From: a virus | Direction: 5' to 3' (one strand) | Length of the DNA: 64,000 nucleotides | IMG/VR virus record: IMGVR_UViG_3300032435_000001 | Shown here: positions 47,523 to 58,016 of the stretch, piece after piece | Layout of the letters: every line of letters begins with the position of its first letter | Position numbering within the stretch: the first letter of the stretch is position 1 | The notes under the pieces: model-generated | The model's database searches: none | What the model was told of the DNA's origin: nothing | Seen by the model: only the letters and a program-made list of their open reading frames with translations | Translations under genes and position numbers: made by a program

Positions 47523-50500
47523 ATGCCAAATGGAATAAATAATATATCACCCTCAATTAGAGATTTTTTATTAAACAGAAATTTAATATTAAGTGATACT
47601 GTAAGTAATAATGGTTTAAGTGGTTATGGTGTTGGTTTAGGGTTACCTGTAACTATCTCTACTTATCCAGAAACAGTTATTGCGTCTAGTGATATTGAAA
47701 TTGAAGGGCAATCTTATAGAGATTTAAATTTATTAAACAACCCTTACGCATCAACTGTTGGGGACATTGTTGTTGATATAAATAGTAATAACATCCAAAA
47801 TATTGGTAATTTACCAATAGGTACTCCCCAATCTGAATACACTAATTATATTGGTTCAAGAATAATTGACTCATCTTTCACAAATTATGGTAATGATGGT
47901 AGGGTAAATTTACTAAGAAACTTATACCAACCGAGTGAATCTGAAAGGTATTTAGTTAGTTTGGATAATTCAAATAATAATGTTGAAAATTCTAATGGTG
48001 GTTATTTAGATAGAAATGGTAATTTAAACATTGGGGGACCTTCAACCAAAGCAATTAATATAATTGGTGGTATTTTAAATGGTGGTGGTATTGGTATTGG
48101 TGGTGATAGTAATTTTGATATAAGAAGTTCTTTAGCTGGTAGAGTATTAAACGGTATAGGTGTTTTAAATGATACCAAGTTAGGGGTTATTGGTGGTAGG
48201 GAATTATTAAAATCTTTAGCTAATAAAGTATCTTTTAACGCACAAAGGGAAATATTAGGTAATTTTAATTTAAATCCATTAAGTTTACTTAGTGGTAATG
48301 ATTTTTTAGTACCAAATTATTCGATTACGGTAGGTAAAGATAAAGTAAGTAAAATTTTAGATATTGGTCTAAACATATTAGGTTTTGAAGCACCAAAAGG
48401 TTATTTATTTGAGGATTCGTCTTCTATTTTCTATGTGGAAAATAAAGTTGATACTAAAGATAGGTTATTATCACAAGTATCTAATACTGGTAAAGGTCAA
48501 ATTATTTCATTATTTAAAAATTTAAATGAGAATACCTATAAAATGCAAATAACCGATTCTAGATTTAAAGGGGAATCCGTTATAAGTAATTTATATTTAT
48601 TTAATAGTGGTAACGGTGCTATGTTAAACATGTTAAACGCACCATTATTATTAGATGATAAAGGTAAAGTATTAGGTTCTTTAAAAAACGGCCCTAACAC
48701 ACCCATATCACCTAGTAATTATAAATTGGAGTCAATGGTTAGGGATGGTGAATTTAGCTCTTTAAAAGGCCTTAAAATAGGTGAGGAGGGGTTTACTTGG
48801 GCTCAAGGTGTGAAAGAAGAGTTATTTCATTATGTACTTGGTGATGGTGTTAACCTTACACCAGTTAATTCATCAAGTTCATTTGAAGCTTATGGTGATG
48901 TTAATATTAATAAGATTAAAAGGGGTTTACTAAACACAACTAAAAATTTATTTAAATCTGGACATATAAACGTCATGGTTAGTAGTAGAGGTTTACGTTT
49001 AGATACAGAAGGTGAGATTGACAATGGGGTTAAGGTTTTTAGGGGTTTTAAAGGTGATAAAATGGATGGTCCAAGTTTCATTTCTAGAGGTTCTGGTGTT
49101 AAAAGTTTATCAGCTTTAGAGGGTGTTGCTGATGATGCGAACATGGTTTTTTGTAGGTCTTGGACATCATTAGTTAAATATGATAAAGTTAGAAACTTAC
49201 AAAAAAGTGATGGTTTAAAAAGTAATTACGGGTTAAGAAATAGAAATACAGTATCTAAATCGGTATTAGATGATAATGGTTTCGTTAGGGTAGCACCAAC
49301 TAGAACTAAAGGTGAGATTGAAAACAATACTGAACTTGATGCTAAAAGATTCATGTTTTCAATTGAGAATTTAGCTTGGGCTGGGCAGACTGGTAATTTA
49401 CCTAAGAATGAAATCGGACCAGGTGACCCATTAACTAAAACCAAAGGTAGGATAATGTGGTTTCCACCATATGATATTAAGTTTACGGAAAGTACTTCAT
49501 TAAAATGGGATAGTTACGATTTCATTGGTAGAGGGGAACCTATGTATACTTATAACAATTCTGAAAGAAGTGGTAGTTTAAGTTTTAAGGTTATTATTGA
49601 CCACGCATCTTACATGAACGATATTACTCTAATAGCTAAAGAATCTGGGTATGATACTGATGATTTTTTTAATAGTATTGTGGCTGGTTGTACTGATTTT
49701 GGTGATTATGATTTAAAAAATATAAGTGAGAATGACCAAAATGCTTTAGATGTTGATAACGCTAGTAAGGTTGCTGAAAAACAAGATACGCCTAGTATAG
49801 TACCTTTAGGTTTTTCGTATTACTTTCCAAATGATGTGGTTTCAGATGCTTATTTTGATTATGAAAGGTTTGGTTCTGAGAATGGTGAGGTGACGGCTAG
49901 TTCGTATGGTAAGATACCTGAGGACCCTGGTTATACTAAGGGTCAAACAATATTTTATGAGGATAGGAGTGATTTTGGTTTAAATAAAGCTTACTATGAT
50001 ACTAATTTTTTCACTAAATTAAGTGAGGATTTTAAAAAATGTGAACATTGTAAGATTGTGATTAAAGGTTACGCTAGTAAGGATGGTGTTACCAGTGTGA
50101 ATAAAAGGTTATCTGATGATAGAGCTAAAACTATGAAAGGTATATTAATCAAGGAGTTGTTAGGTGGTAATGAGACTTCGGACCCGTTAAGTGGTAATAG
50201 GTTTAAACTAGTTGTTGGTAAAGGTGAATCAACTGACTCACCAAGTAAAGGTGTTAAGGCGGTTGATTCAATATTAAATAAAAAAGCTAGAAGAGTTGAC
50301 GTTACTTTTGTTGACGACCCTAGTAATAAGAAAATGTTAAATGAATTTAAGACTAATTTAAAATCTAATAACCTTAAAAAAATACTTAATGATAGGGTTA
50401 AGGGTAAATTTTTTAACGAATCATTATATTTTGAGAAGTTAAGACAAGATGATAAATTTACCTATGATTCCATAAGTGAAAAGATTAAATTCTTTCACCC

Positions 50501-51437
50501 AGCTTTTCATTCAGTAACGCCAGAAGGTTTTAATAGTAGATTAACATTTCTTAATCAATGTACTAGACAAGGGCCAACTAAGAACGCTAACTCACCTAGT
50601 AATTTAGTTTTTGGAGCCGCACCTGTTTCTATCCTAAGGATAGGTGATTTTTATCATACAAAGATTATAATTGATAGTTTAAATATTGACTATGATGGTG
50701 GGTTCGGTACGCAATGGGATTTAAACCCAGAAGGTGTTGGTGTTCAACCAATGATTGCTAATGTTTCAATATCATTTAAATTTATTGGTGGTCAATCATT
50801 AGATGGGCCTATTAATAAACTACAGAATGCGGTTTCATTTAACTATTTCGCTAATACTGAGATTTATGATTCAAGAGCTGAATATTTTAGTAATGGTAGA
50901 TATACTAGTGATGTGGTAAAGTTTAAACCTGAAGCGGGTTCACCTAAACCTAGTGAAACTAAAGTGGGTATTGAGTTAAATGAAGTAGAGGTTTTCGGTA
51001 CTTTCAGTGCACCAAGTACTGAAACAGCTGTTGATGATGGTAAAATTAAAATAACTGGTTTTAAGTATATTGAAGTAAGAGAAACGTTAACTCCAAATAA
51101 ACGTTCGTTTATGTTTTCGCTTAAATTTTTAAACTTACCAATTAATTTAGGTGAAAGTTCGGTTAGTGAATTCGTTTCAAAGGGTCTAAAAATTAGATTA
51201 AGTAATAATAACTCTTTTACGCATGAGGAAATTGTTAGTGAAATTAGTGGTGCTAGTGGTTCTTCTGGTTGTAAATCCTTTTCTTGTTTAAATGATAATT
51301 ATATTTTGGGGGATAGAGATTCGGGTACTATTAGTTTAGTTAATGGTAATTATAATTTAGCTATAATTCATGACGGTAAAACTATCCAAACAATACCTGT
51401 TAAAATAAGTAGTGAACTTTATAAAGAATGGTTTTAA
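47523..51437 (+). CDS. large baseplate/tail-tube-initiator-like protein with inserted OmpA-like domain
   Basis: WFPPYDIKFTE...IGRGEPMYTY...SLSFKV and LRIGDFY...WDLNPEG..QPMIANVSISF flank IKGYAS...NKRLSDDRA...GKGE...RRVDV. Confidence 0.7.
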   Translation: MPNGINNISPSIRDFLLNRNLILSDTVSNNGLSGYGVGLGLPVTISTYPETVIASSDIEIEGQSYRDLNLLNNPYASTVGDIVVDINSNNIQNIGNLPIGTPQSEYTNYIGSRIIDSSFTNYGNDGRVNLLRNLYQPSESERYLVSLDNSNNNVENSNGGYLDRNGNLNIGGPSTKAINIIGGILNGGGIGIGGDSNFDIRSSLAGRVLNGIGVLNDTKLGVIGGRELLKSLANKVSFNAQREILGNFNLNPLSLLSGNDFLVPNYSITVGKDKVSKILDIGLNILGFEAPKGYLFEDSSSIFYVENKVDTKDRLLSQVSNTGKGQIISLFKNLNENTYKMQITDSRFKGESVISNLYLFNSGNGAMLNMLNAPLLLDDKGKVLGSLKNGPNTPISPSNYKLESMVRDGEFSSLKGLKIGEEGFTWAQGVKEELFHYVLGDGVNLTPVNSSSSFEAYGDVNINKIKRGLLNTTKNLFKSGHINVMVSSRGLRLDTEGEIDNGVKVFRGFKGDKMDGPSFISRGSGVKSLSALEGVADDANMVFCRSWTSLVKYDKVRNLQKSDGLKSNYGLRNRNTVSKSVLDDNGFVRVAPTRTKGEIENNTELDAKRFMFSIENLAWAGQTGNLPKNEIGPGDPLTKTKGRIMWFPPYDIKFTESTSLKWDSYDFIGRGEPMYTYNNSERSGSLSFKVIIDHASYMNDITLIAKESGYDTDDFFNSIVAGCTDFGDYDLKNISENDQNALDVDNASKVAEKQDTPSIVPLGFSYYFPNDVVSDAYFDYERFGSENGEVTASSYGKIPEDPGYTKGQTIFYEDRSDFGLNKAYYDTNFFTKLSEDFKKCEHCKIVIKGYASKDGVTSVNKRLSDDRAKTMKGILIKELLGGNETSDPLSGNRFKLVVGKGESTDSPSKGVKAVDSILNKKARRVDVTFVDDPSNKKMLNEFKTNLKSNNLKKILNDRVKGKFFNESLYFEKLRQDDKFTYDSISEKIKFFHPAFHSVTPEGFNSRLTFLNQCTRQGPTKNANSPSNLVFGAAPVSILRIGDFYHTKIIIDSLNIDYDGGFGTQWDLNPEGVGVQPMIANVSISFKFIGGQSLDGPINKLQNAVSFNYFANTEIYDSRAEYFSNGRYTSDVVKFKPEAGSPKPSETKVGIELNEVEVFGTFSAPSTETAVDDGKIKITGFKYIEVRETLTPNKRSFMFSLKFLNLPINLGESSVSEFVSKGLKIRLSNNNSFTHEEIVSEISGASGSSGCKSFSCLNDNYILGDRDSGTISLVNGNYNLAIIHDGKTIQTIPVKISSELYKEWF

Positions 51438-51491
51438 CTTTATTTACTTTTTAAAAAAATTTAATAAATTATAGATAAAATATAATAAAAT

Positions 51492-51812
51492 ATGGCTGAA
51501 TATTTTGATAGGTATGATAAATTTAGAACCAACAATGGTACTAAACCAATCCCAGGTTTAAATATATCAATTCAACCTAGTGATAAGCAAGTTGTTTATA
51601 AGGTTGGTAAAACAAGGCTTGATAAGTTAAGTGATAAATATTATGGTAACCCATATCACGGTTGGTTAATTTTATTAGCCAACCCAAAAAAAGGTGGGTT
51701 AGAATTTAATATTGATAATAATGAGGTGATTAGAATCCCATTCCCATTTAGGAGTGCTTTGGAGCGTTATGATGCTGAGGTTGATAAATATTTGAGGTTA
51801 TATGGTGGATAA
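51492..51812 (+). CDS. baseplate wedge protein, LysM-like (gp53/tail X-like)
   Basis: TRLDKLSDKYYGNPYHGWLILLANP...VIRIP. Confidence 0.8.
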   Translation: MAEYFDRYDKFRTNNGTKPIPGLNISIQPSDKQVVYKVGKTRLDKLSDKYYGNPYHGWLILLANPKKGGLEFNIDNNEVIRIPFPFRSALERYDAEVDKYLRLYGG

Positions 51813-54800
51813 TACAAATAACAACGCAACTAACGCTGGTAAAGTAATATATGTTGACCCAAACCCAAAGGGTAATATAATTAAAACACCAGAAGATTTC
51901 GCTATTAGCGTTGAACTAGTAACGACTAAAAAAAAACGTACAGCTATTGAGATTGTTAAAGGTGGTGATACGTATGTTGATACTGGTAGTTCTAAAACTA
52001 AAATAAGTTTTATTGATGGGTCAAAAGTTAATGGTGAAGGTGTTCAGAAATCTTTAACAACTCTATATACTGAGGTTGGTAACAATTTTAATAAAACTAA
52101 TACTGATTTAGAAACGCTTGGTATTTCTAACATATCAATTGAATTTAATTCATCTTACGCACCTATGGTTTCAATTGATTTTGTTGATACTAGAGGTAAG
52201 TTATTCGAGATGGGTAATAATTCACCGTATAGCGTTTTTTTTGAATTACCATTTCCAGTTTTTGAGTTAACTGTTAAAGGTTTTTATGGTTCGGCTGTAA
52301 AATATAAACTACATTTATATAAATTTAATGGTAAATTTAACTCATCAAAAGGTAGTTTTGAGGTTAAGTGTAATTTCATTGGTTATACGTATGCGTTTTT
52401 ATCGGACATATTAATTGGTTATTTAAAAGCTTTACCTTATACAAATATAGGTGGTAAGATAATAGATGAGTTAAACGCATTAAATGTGGGTACTAAAAAT
52501 AATTTCTTAACTTTTGATGAGTTAAACGTTGGGATTAAGAAATTAAGTAACGATATAAAGGTTTTGAAAAGTGATAATGTTGATGTGCAAGTATTAAGTT
52601 TAAGTGGTAAGTTAACAAGCTCTTTAAGTGAATTTAAAAGTACTTTCGAAGCTGAATTTATAAATATTTTAAATACTACTAATGATATTACTGGTGGTGG
52701 TGGTGGTGGTAAATGGGGAGCAAATATTTTAACTGATACTACAGCACCTACAATTAGTAGTGTTATTGAAACATATAATACTAATATAACTAATAAAATT
52801 AAAGAATTAAATAAAAATGAGGGTGGTTTAGGTTCTAAATACCCATTGGATTTAAATTTATTTTTAGCTACAGAGGGTGTTACCTACCTTAAAGATTTAA
52901 CTGTGAAAGGTCCTGATGTTTTTAAAGGTAAAACTAAATTAGTTAGTGATGTTTATGATAGGGTTAATTTCATATTATTAACTAATATGAAATTAGCTGA
53001 GGAAAAAACTGTTAATTTATTTATATTTGATAAGGCAATCGACTCTATAAATCAAATAATAGCTAGTTTATCATCAGATAGTAAACAAATTGTTAATACG
53101 TTAGGTGATGATTACACAAACATGGTTGGAGATGCTTTCCCAGATGGGAATTTCACATCATCTTTAGGTGATTTTTTTAGAATATTGTGTAATCACGTTG
53201 ATATTTTTTTAGATGTTATTCGTCAAGTTGCAGTTGCGGCTGAAAAAGATAAAATTGATAGAAAGAAACAATTAGAGGGTATTGATTTTGGTGAAGGTTT
53301 AACGAAATTTAATGGTGGTACTAATGATGATATAGGTAGTATAAAAGCTTTTCCTGATTATAGAGAGAAGAATACTGATAACACGTTAGAAGATAAGTGG
53401 ATTGGGGTTAAGGCACCTAATATGCCAGAAGTTATGTTAGTTGAGGAGATATTAAACGGTTTAATTAAATCCAAAATTAAAGATGATGAGGTTTTGGAGG
53501 AGATTACTAATAACGAATCCTCAACCACTACTCAAGATTGGATTCCTGTTAACCCTTTTGATACCGTTATTTACTATAAATCTAACCCATACGAATCTTT
53601 AAAAGAGGAAGGTAGAGATTATGATTATTTAAGGTTATCACTTTTTAGGTTTATAACACTTAATGGTTTTACTAATTCAGGTCTTACTCCTGATGAGATA
53701 AAAGCTTTTGCTATAGCCGAGGCTAACACTATTTTTAATTCAATTAAAAATAATGAGGTTAAACTTAATTTTAAGAGTTTAACTTATGCTAGTATAACAG
53801 ATGGTTTTTCTAGTGCTAATCCTAATGCTAATGCTAATTATAAGAATTACTCAACCAAAACCCCATCCGCAACCGCAACCCCAACCGCAACTACAACCGC
53901 ATTTACCACAGGCGCACTTCCCACAGGCCAACTTGACTTAAGTGTTACAACACCACCTAATGTAGTCAGCAATGTCAAAACTAGAGTTATTAGTCTTGCC
54001 ACAAGTGGAGAAAGGTATTTTTATACATATACACCAACAAAAAATAATGATGGTTCGTTATCAAATAAAATACAATTCATACCATTTAGGGTTGATAGTA
54101 GAAAAGATTTAAGTGGTGACTCTAATAATGATTTATCAAATTCTGATAGGGTTACACAAAGAGATGGTGGTAAAAAGACTTTTTACAATCCTTTATATTA
54201 CGTTAAACAAGCGCAAGAAGATGGAAAACGTAATAAATTAGATAATGGAACAACATTTATTGATTTCTTAACTATATCTGATTACAATAGAGAATCACCA
54301 TCTTTTGTTGATTATGTTGCTGCTGGGCTTGAAAAATCAGTTGAACCATTAACCATGTCAGCTGAAAATAAAATTACTGGTGGTTTATTTCTAGGTAAAT
54401 TTGGTGTACTTGATTATGCTAGTATTAAAAATTCTAATGGTATTGATATGTTGTCAAAAACATTATTTTATAATAACCCTAAAAAAACAACTTTTTTTTA
54501 TACCGCTATTAAAGAAAAAGCCGATAACTCATCTTACTTCACTGTAGATAGTAATCTTAAAGTTGTCCCTATGAATAAAACAGCGGTCACTAGTTTTGAG
54601 TCAAATATTAATCCTGTAGTCGTTGCTAATGAGCGTTATGTAGCTATCACTGATGAGGTTTTGTATGGTAAAATTAATAAAGGTGATTTAAATGATGTTA
54701 ATATATCTAATTTAGATTTAACCCCTGGCTACTCACTATTTGGTAGTGATATGTATTATTTCCAAGATAACTTTGGTAAGGCTTTTCTATTTTTAGGGTC

Positions 54801-57375
54801 ACTACCAATTAAAACTGGTGTTTCTACTGCTTTAAATGAGACTATTTTAGGTCTATTTAATTATAGGGGTGGTTTTGTTGATGTACCATATTCTTGGATT
54901 TTACGATTAGGTTCAATTATTTACAGAATGGAAAAAGGGCTTAAGGGTGATGGGGATATAATAAAATATAAAACTTCTACATACGATTTAGCCCCTAGGG
55001 GTTCTATAGAGGTAAACCTAGGAAGTAATAAACTTTTATTTCTATCAAGTAGTGATGGGACTAATGTTATTTTAGATGGTAAAATTAGTTATGATATTGA
55101 TGCCATCATAACGGGTTTCCCTCAACAAGTTAGGGATAAATTCTCTAAAGAATTTGAGAGTTGGGTTAACGGTGATTTTGAAAAAATAATGAGTGAATTT
55201 GAAATTTTCAAACCTAACACTAAAAATGTTGAAAGATATAAATTCTGGGGTAGACTAAACAAAGGTTTAAAAAGTAATTTGAATGTGACTTTAAAAGATA
55301 GTATTTTAAGTGATAATTTTTTAAAAAATTACAACTTGATATTAGCTAATTATAATGATACTAAATACAAGGCCGGTGTTAGTAGTGTTCTTACTGAAAA
55401 TGAAGTTCTTCTTGAAATGAGGAAATTTGATAGTCATAGTTATTTTAATTTCGTACTAGGTTTCAAACCTGATAGTGAGGGTGTTAAATTACTTAAAGAT
55501 TTTATTTTTGACAGTAGGGTAATCACAAATGCGGCCCCTAATATTTGGGAAAAACACGATGTAAATGACACATCGTCTCATCTTGGTGTTAGTGTAACTA
55601 ATTACAAACTTTATTACACGACTTTAGTGAATACGTATGCTACTTTAAGTGAAGATACCACTATCACAGTTAATACTGAAAATGAGGTTAAAGCTCAAAT
55701 ATTCAACTCTATTGATAATGATGATATAAAACTAAACATATATAAGAAATTAAAACTCATATATGATAAGTGGGTTTGCGGTAGTAGCACTAGATATGAG
55801 GATATTAAAGGTGATTTATTTGATAGTTTTAAATTTTTAGATAGAGGTTATAATGATATAACTAGCACTTTTTTAATTAACCCAGTTGTTATGAATGAGC
55901 ACCTTATAGGTAGTTATAATCAAAGTTTTTACTCCTATATTGGTAAAGTTTTACCAGATAACAACATTGATTTCTTCTCATTACCATCATATATAGATTA
56001 TAATAGTAGTGCTGAATTAAGTAATGTTTTTAAACCATATATGTATAATAACGTACCTAAAAATTCTGGTCCATCATTTATATGTATGTATATTGGGGAA
56101 AGGTCTAGTCAATTAAATTTAACTGAAGATGGTTCTTATGTGGACGATTCTTTCAACCTTAACATTAATGATGATAAAACTCTTGATTTAACTGATTTCC
56201 CACCAGACATGGTACAAGGTGATAGAAAACTACCTGTTTTTATGGTTAATTATGGTGATGATAATCAGAGTGTCTTTAATGATATTCAGTTGGACCAATC
56301 AGAATTCACTGCAACTGATGAGTACCTAACAACCGTTGATGAGATAACCAATAGTCGTGGTATCGGTCAAAATTTATTTGATATTTATAACACTAGAGCC
56401 TACACAGCTAATGTTGAGATGTTAGGTAACGCCATGATACAACCATTAATGTATTTTCAGTTAAATGGTATACCTATTTTTAGAGGTTTGTATAATATTA
56501 TTAAGGTAAAACATGATATAACACCTAATTCTATGAAAACCAATTTTACTGGTGTTAGGTCTCGTAAAACTAAAAGTAAGTTAGTAGATAAATCTACAAT
56601 ATTTTTGAACGTGTTAGGTTCATTATCCGACATAGTAACCGATGGTTCGACTTTAGATGGTAGTGGTAGAACCTCTAGTGGTGCTAGTAATAGTGAACTA
56701 TCTAAACATATTATTTACCAATTAAGTACAGGTAAAGGTATTGCATCTAAAACCGTAACTAATAATTACGGTCTTAAAGATGTGGTTGATTTCTTAACGT
56801 TATTAGGTGTAAGATGGAATGATTTTGTAGTGGGAGGTGGAAAAAATTACTCACCTGTGATTAGAGTTAATGACCTGTCTAAAAGAGAAGGTGAATTAAT
56901 CACGACTGTTAAGGATAATAAAACAGTACCAACTCATAAGTCGCATAACAATGGTGTTGATGTTGATATTAGACCATTCATTAAAGACCCTAAGGCGAAT
57001 GAAGGTGTTAATATCAAGGGTGAAAACAGTAAATACTCTAGAGAGGCTACTGACGCTTTTTTCGACATTTTATTAACATTAAATGGTGAGTATAAAGGGT
57101 GGGGTAAAAACTCACCTATTAATGTGATTTATTTTAACGATGAAGTAATAATAAGTAAGTACAATAAGAAGGTTTATAACGGTAAATCAGCTAGAGTTCA
57201 AGAAGAGAAAGGTCATGATACCCATTTACACATACAATTTAACACACCAGAAGCATTATCATCTGGTACGTTAGATTCTGGGATACCAACGGAAGCTGGT
57301 TTACTTGTGAAAGTATCAGCTAAACTTGTTAATTCTAACTTTGATTCTTCAAAAAAATATTTAGGTGAATTATGA
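51802..57375 (+). CDS. very large baseplate hub protein with C-terminal MepA/LAS-type murein endopeptidase domain
   Basis: Hub-type motifs LGISNISI...FELTVKGFYG and ANVEMLGNAMIQP..YFQL..GLYNIIKVKHDI; C-terminal VNDLS...HKSHNNGVDVDIRP...GHDTHLHIQF. Confidence 0.7.
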   Translation: MVDNTNNNATNAGKVIYVDPNPKGNIIKTPEDFAISVELVTTKKKRTAIEIVKGGDTYVDTGSSKTKISFIDGSKVNGEGVQKSLTTLYTEVGNNFNKTNTDLETLGISNISIEFNSSYAPMVSIDFVDTRGKLFEMGNNSPYSVFFELPFPVFELTVKGFYGSAVKYKLHLYKFNGKFNSSKGSFEVKCNFIGYTYAFLSDILIGYLKALPYTNIGGKIIDELNALNVGTKNNFLTFDELNVGIKKLSNDIKVLKSDNVDVQVLSLSGKLTSSLSEFKSTFEAEFINILNTTNDITGGGGGGKWGANILTDTTAPTISSVIETYNTNITNKIKELNKNEGGLGSKYPLDLNLFLATEGVTYLKDLTVKGPDVFKGKTKLVSDVYDRVNFILLTNMKLAEEKTVNLFIFDKAIDSINQIIASLSSDSKQIVNTLGDDYTNMVGDAFPDGNFTSSLGDFFRILCNHVDIFLDVIRQVAVAAEKDKIDRKKQLEGIDFGEGLTKFNGGTNDDIGSIKAFPDYREKNTDNTLEDKWIGVKAPNMPEVMLVEEILNGLIKSKIKDDEVLEEITNNESSTTTQDWIPVNPFDTVIYYKSNPYESLKEEGRDYDYLRLSLFRFITLNGFTNSGLTPDEIKAFAIAEANTIFNSIKNNEVKLNFKSLTYASITDGFSSANPNANANYKNYSTKTPSATATPTATTTAFTTGALPTGQLDLSVTTPPNVVSNVKTRVISLATSGERYFYTYTPTKNNDGSLSNKIQFIPFRVDSRKDLSGDSNNDLSNSDRVTQRDGGKKTFYNPLYYVKQAQEDGKRNKLDNGTTFIDFLTISDYNRESPSFVDYVAAGLEKSVEPLTMSAENKITGGLFLGKFGVLDYASIKNSNGIDMLSKTLFYNNPKKTTFFYTAIKEKADNSSYFTVDSNLKVVPMNKTAVTSFESNINPVVVANERYVAITDEVLYGKINKGDLNDVNISNLDLTPGYSLFGSDMYYFQDNFGKAFLFLGSLPIKTGVSTALNETILGLFNYRGGFVDVPYSWILRLGSIIYRMEKGLKGDGDIIKYKTSTYDLAPRGSIEVNLGSNKLLFLSSSDGTNVILDGKISYDIDAIITGFPQQVRDKFSKEFESWVNGDFEKIMSEFEIFKPNTKNVERYKFWGRLNKGLKSNLNVTLKDSILSDNFLKNYNLILANYNDTKYKAGVSSVLTENEVLLEMRKFDSHSYFNFVLGFKPDSEGVKLLKDFIFDSRVITNAAPNIWEKHDVNDTSSHLGVSVTNYKLYYTTLVNTYATLSEDTTITVNTENEVKAQIFNSIDNDDIKLNIYKKLKLIYDKWVCGSSTRYEDIKGDLFDSFKFLDRGYNDITSTFLINPVVMNEHLIGSYNQSFYSYIGKVLPDNNIDFFSLPSYIDYNSSAELSNVFKPYMYNNVPKNSGPSFICMYIGERSSQLNLTEDGSYVDDSFNLNINDDKTLDLTDFPPDMVQGDRKLPVFMVNYGDDNQSVFNDIQLDQSEFTATDEYLTTVDEITNSRGIGQNLFDIYNTRAYTANVEMLGNAMIQPLMYFQLNGIPIFRGLYNIIKVKHDITPNSMKTNFTGVRSRKTKSKLVDKSTIFLNVLGSLSDIVTDGSTLDGSGRTSSGASNSELSKHIIYQLSTGKGIASKTVTNNYGLKDVVDFLTLLGVRWNDFVVGGGKNYSPVIRVNDLSKREGELITTVKDNKTVPTHKSHNNGVDVDIRPFIKDPKANEGVNIKGENSKYSREATDAFFDILLTLNGEYKGWGKNSPINVIYFNDEVIISKYNKKVYNGKSARVQEEKGHDTHLHIQFNTPEALSSGTLDSGIPTEAGLLVKVSAKLVNSNFDSSKKYLGEL

Positions 57376-58004
57376 TGAGTAATAAAGAAAAAGCAGTATT
57401 AGATTTAATAGCGTTCGCTGAGGGTACTTTAGGTGTTTCGCAGAATGGTTATGATGTATCATATAATCATTACACAATTAAGGGTTGGACACCTGATACA
57501 ACTATGAAACATGGTGGTGACAAATGGTTAAAACAACAAGGTTTCGTATTTAAAATAAAAGGTGTGAATATTACCGACATAGCCGCTGGTAGATATCAAT
57601 TCCTATTTAGCACTTGGAATGACCCCAGTGGAGGTCAAGGTCTGGCGTTCAGTAAAAATAATCAAGATTTAACCGCTTTAAAATTAGTTAAACGAAGATT
57701 AGGTTTTAAAGATTTTGAGGATAGAAGTGTTTCTATTGATGACTTATCTGCGAATAAAGCTGATAGAGAAAAATTTGACATTTTTTTAAATAAAATTTCC
57801 CCTGAATGGGCTTCAATACCAGTAAGTAAAGATATGATTAGGTATTATAGGGGTAAAGATAAAAAGGTTCATAATCAAAAAGCGATTAAAAAGGGAGATT
57901 CATTTTACGGTCAACTTGATGAAACTAAGAAACAAACTATAAATCCTGATAGTTTATACAGAATTTTTTTAGAAGCTTTAAGGTTATATGATGCTAAAAA
58001 ATAG
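57372..58004 (+). CDS. lambda R-like lysozyme/lytic transglycosylase
   Basis: LDLIAFAEGT, AAGRYQFL..TW, FS..NQD, EWASIP and YGQ. Confidence 0.88.
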   Translation: MMSNKEKAVLDLIAFAEGTLGVSQNGYDVSYNHYTIKGWTPDTTMKHGGDKWLKQQGFVFKIKGVNITDIAAGRYQFLFSTWNDPSGGQGLAFSKNNQDLTALKLVKRRLGFKDFEDRSVSIDDLSANKADREKFDIFLNKISPEWASIPVSKDMIRYYRGKDKKVHNQKAIKKGDSFYGQLDETKKQTINPDSLYRIFLEALRLYDAKK

Positions 58005-58016
58005 TATATTTGCCAA

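Noticed and set aside
47324-47524. 66-aa Ile/Tyr/Leu ORF on the minus strand
   Set aside because: Artefact of translating the AT-only repeat tract
53850-53990. C/A-rich patch in the hub gene as an inversion or foreign insert
   Set aside because: Explained by a Thr/Pro/Ala low-complexity linker in frame; no flanking inverted repeats seen
36079-57375. Bacterial contractile injection system (eCIS/tailocin) rather than a phage
   Set aside because: Interleaved with neck genes, PolB, gp32-like SSB, UvsX-like recombinase and other phage replication genes; no host housekeeping genes seen
57360-57380. Frameshift fusion of hub and lysozyme
   Set aside because: Ordinary ATGA start/stop overlap with its own Met codons and no slippery run at the junction
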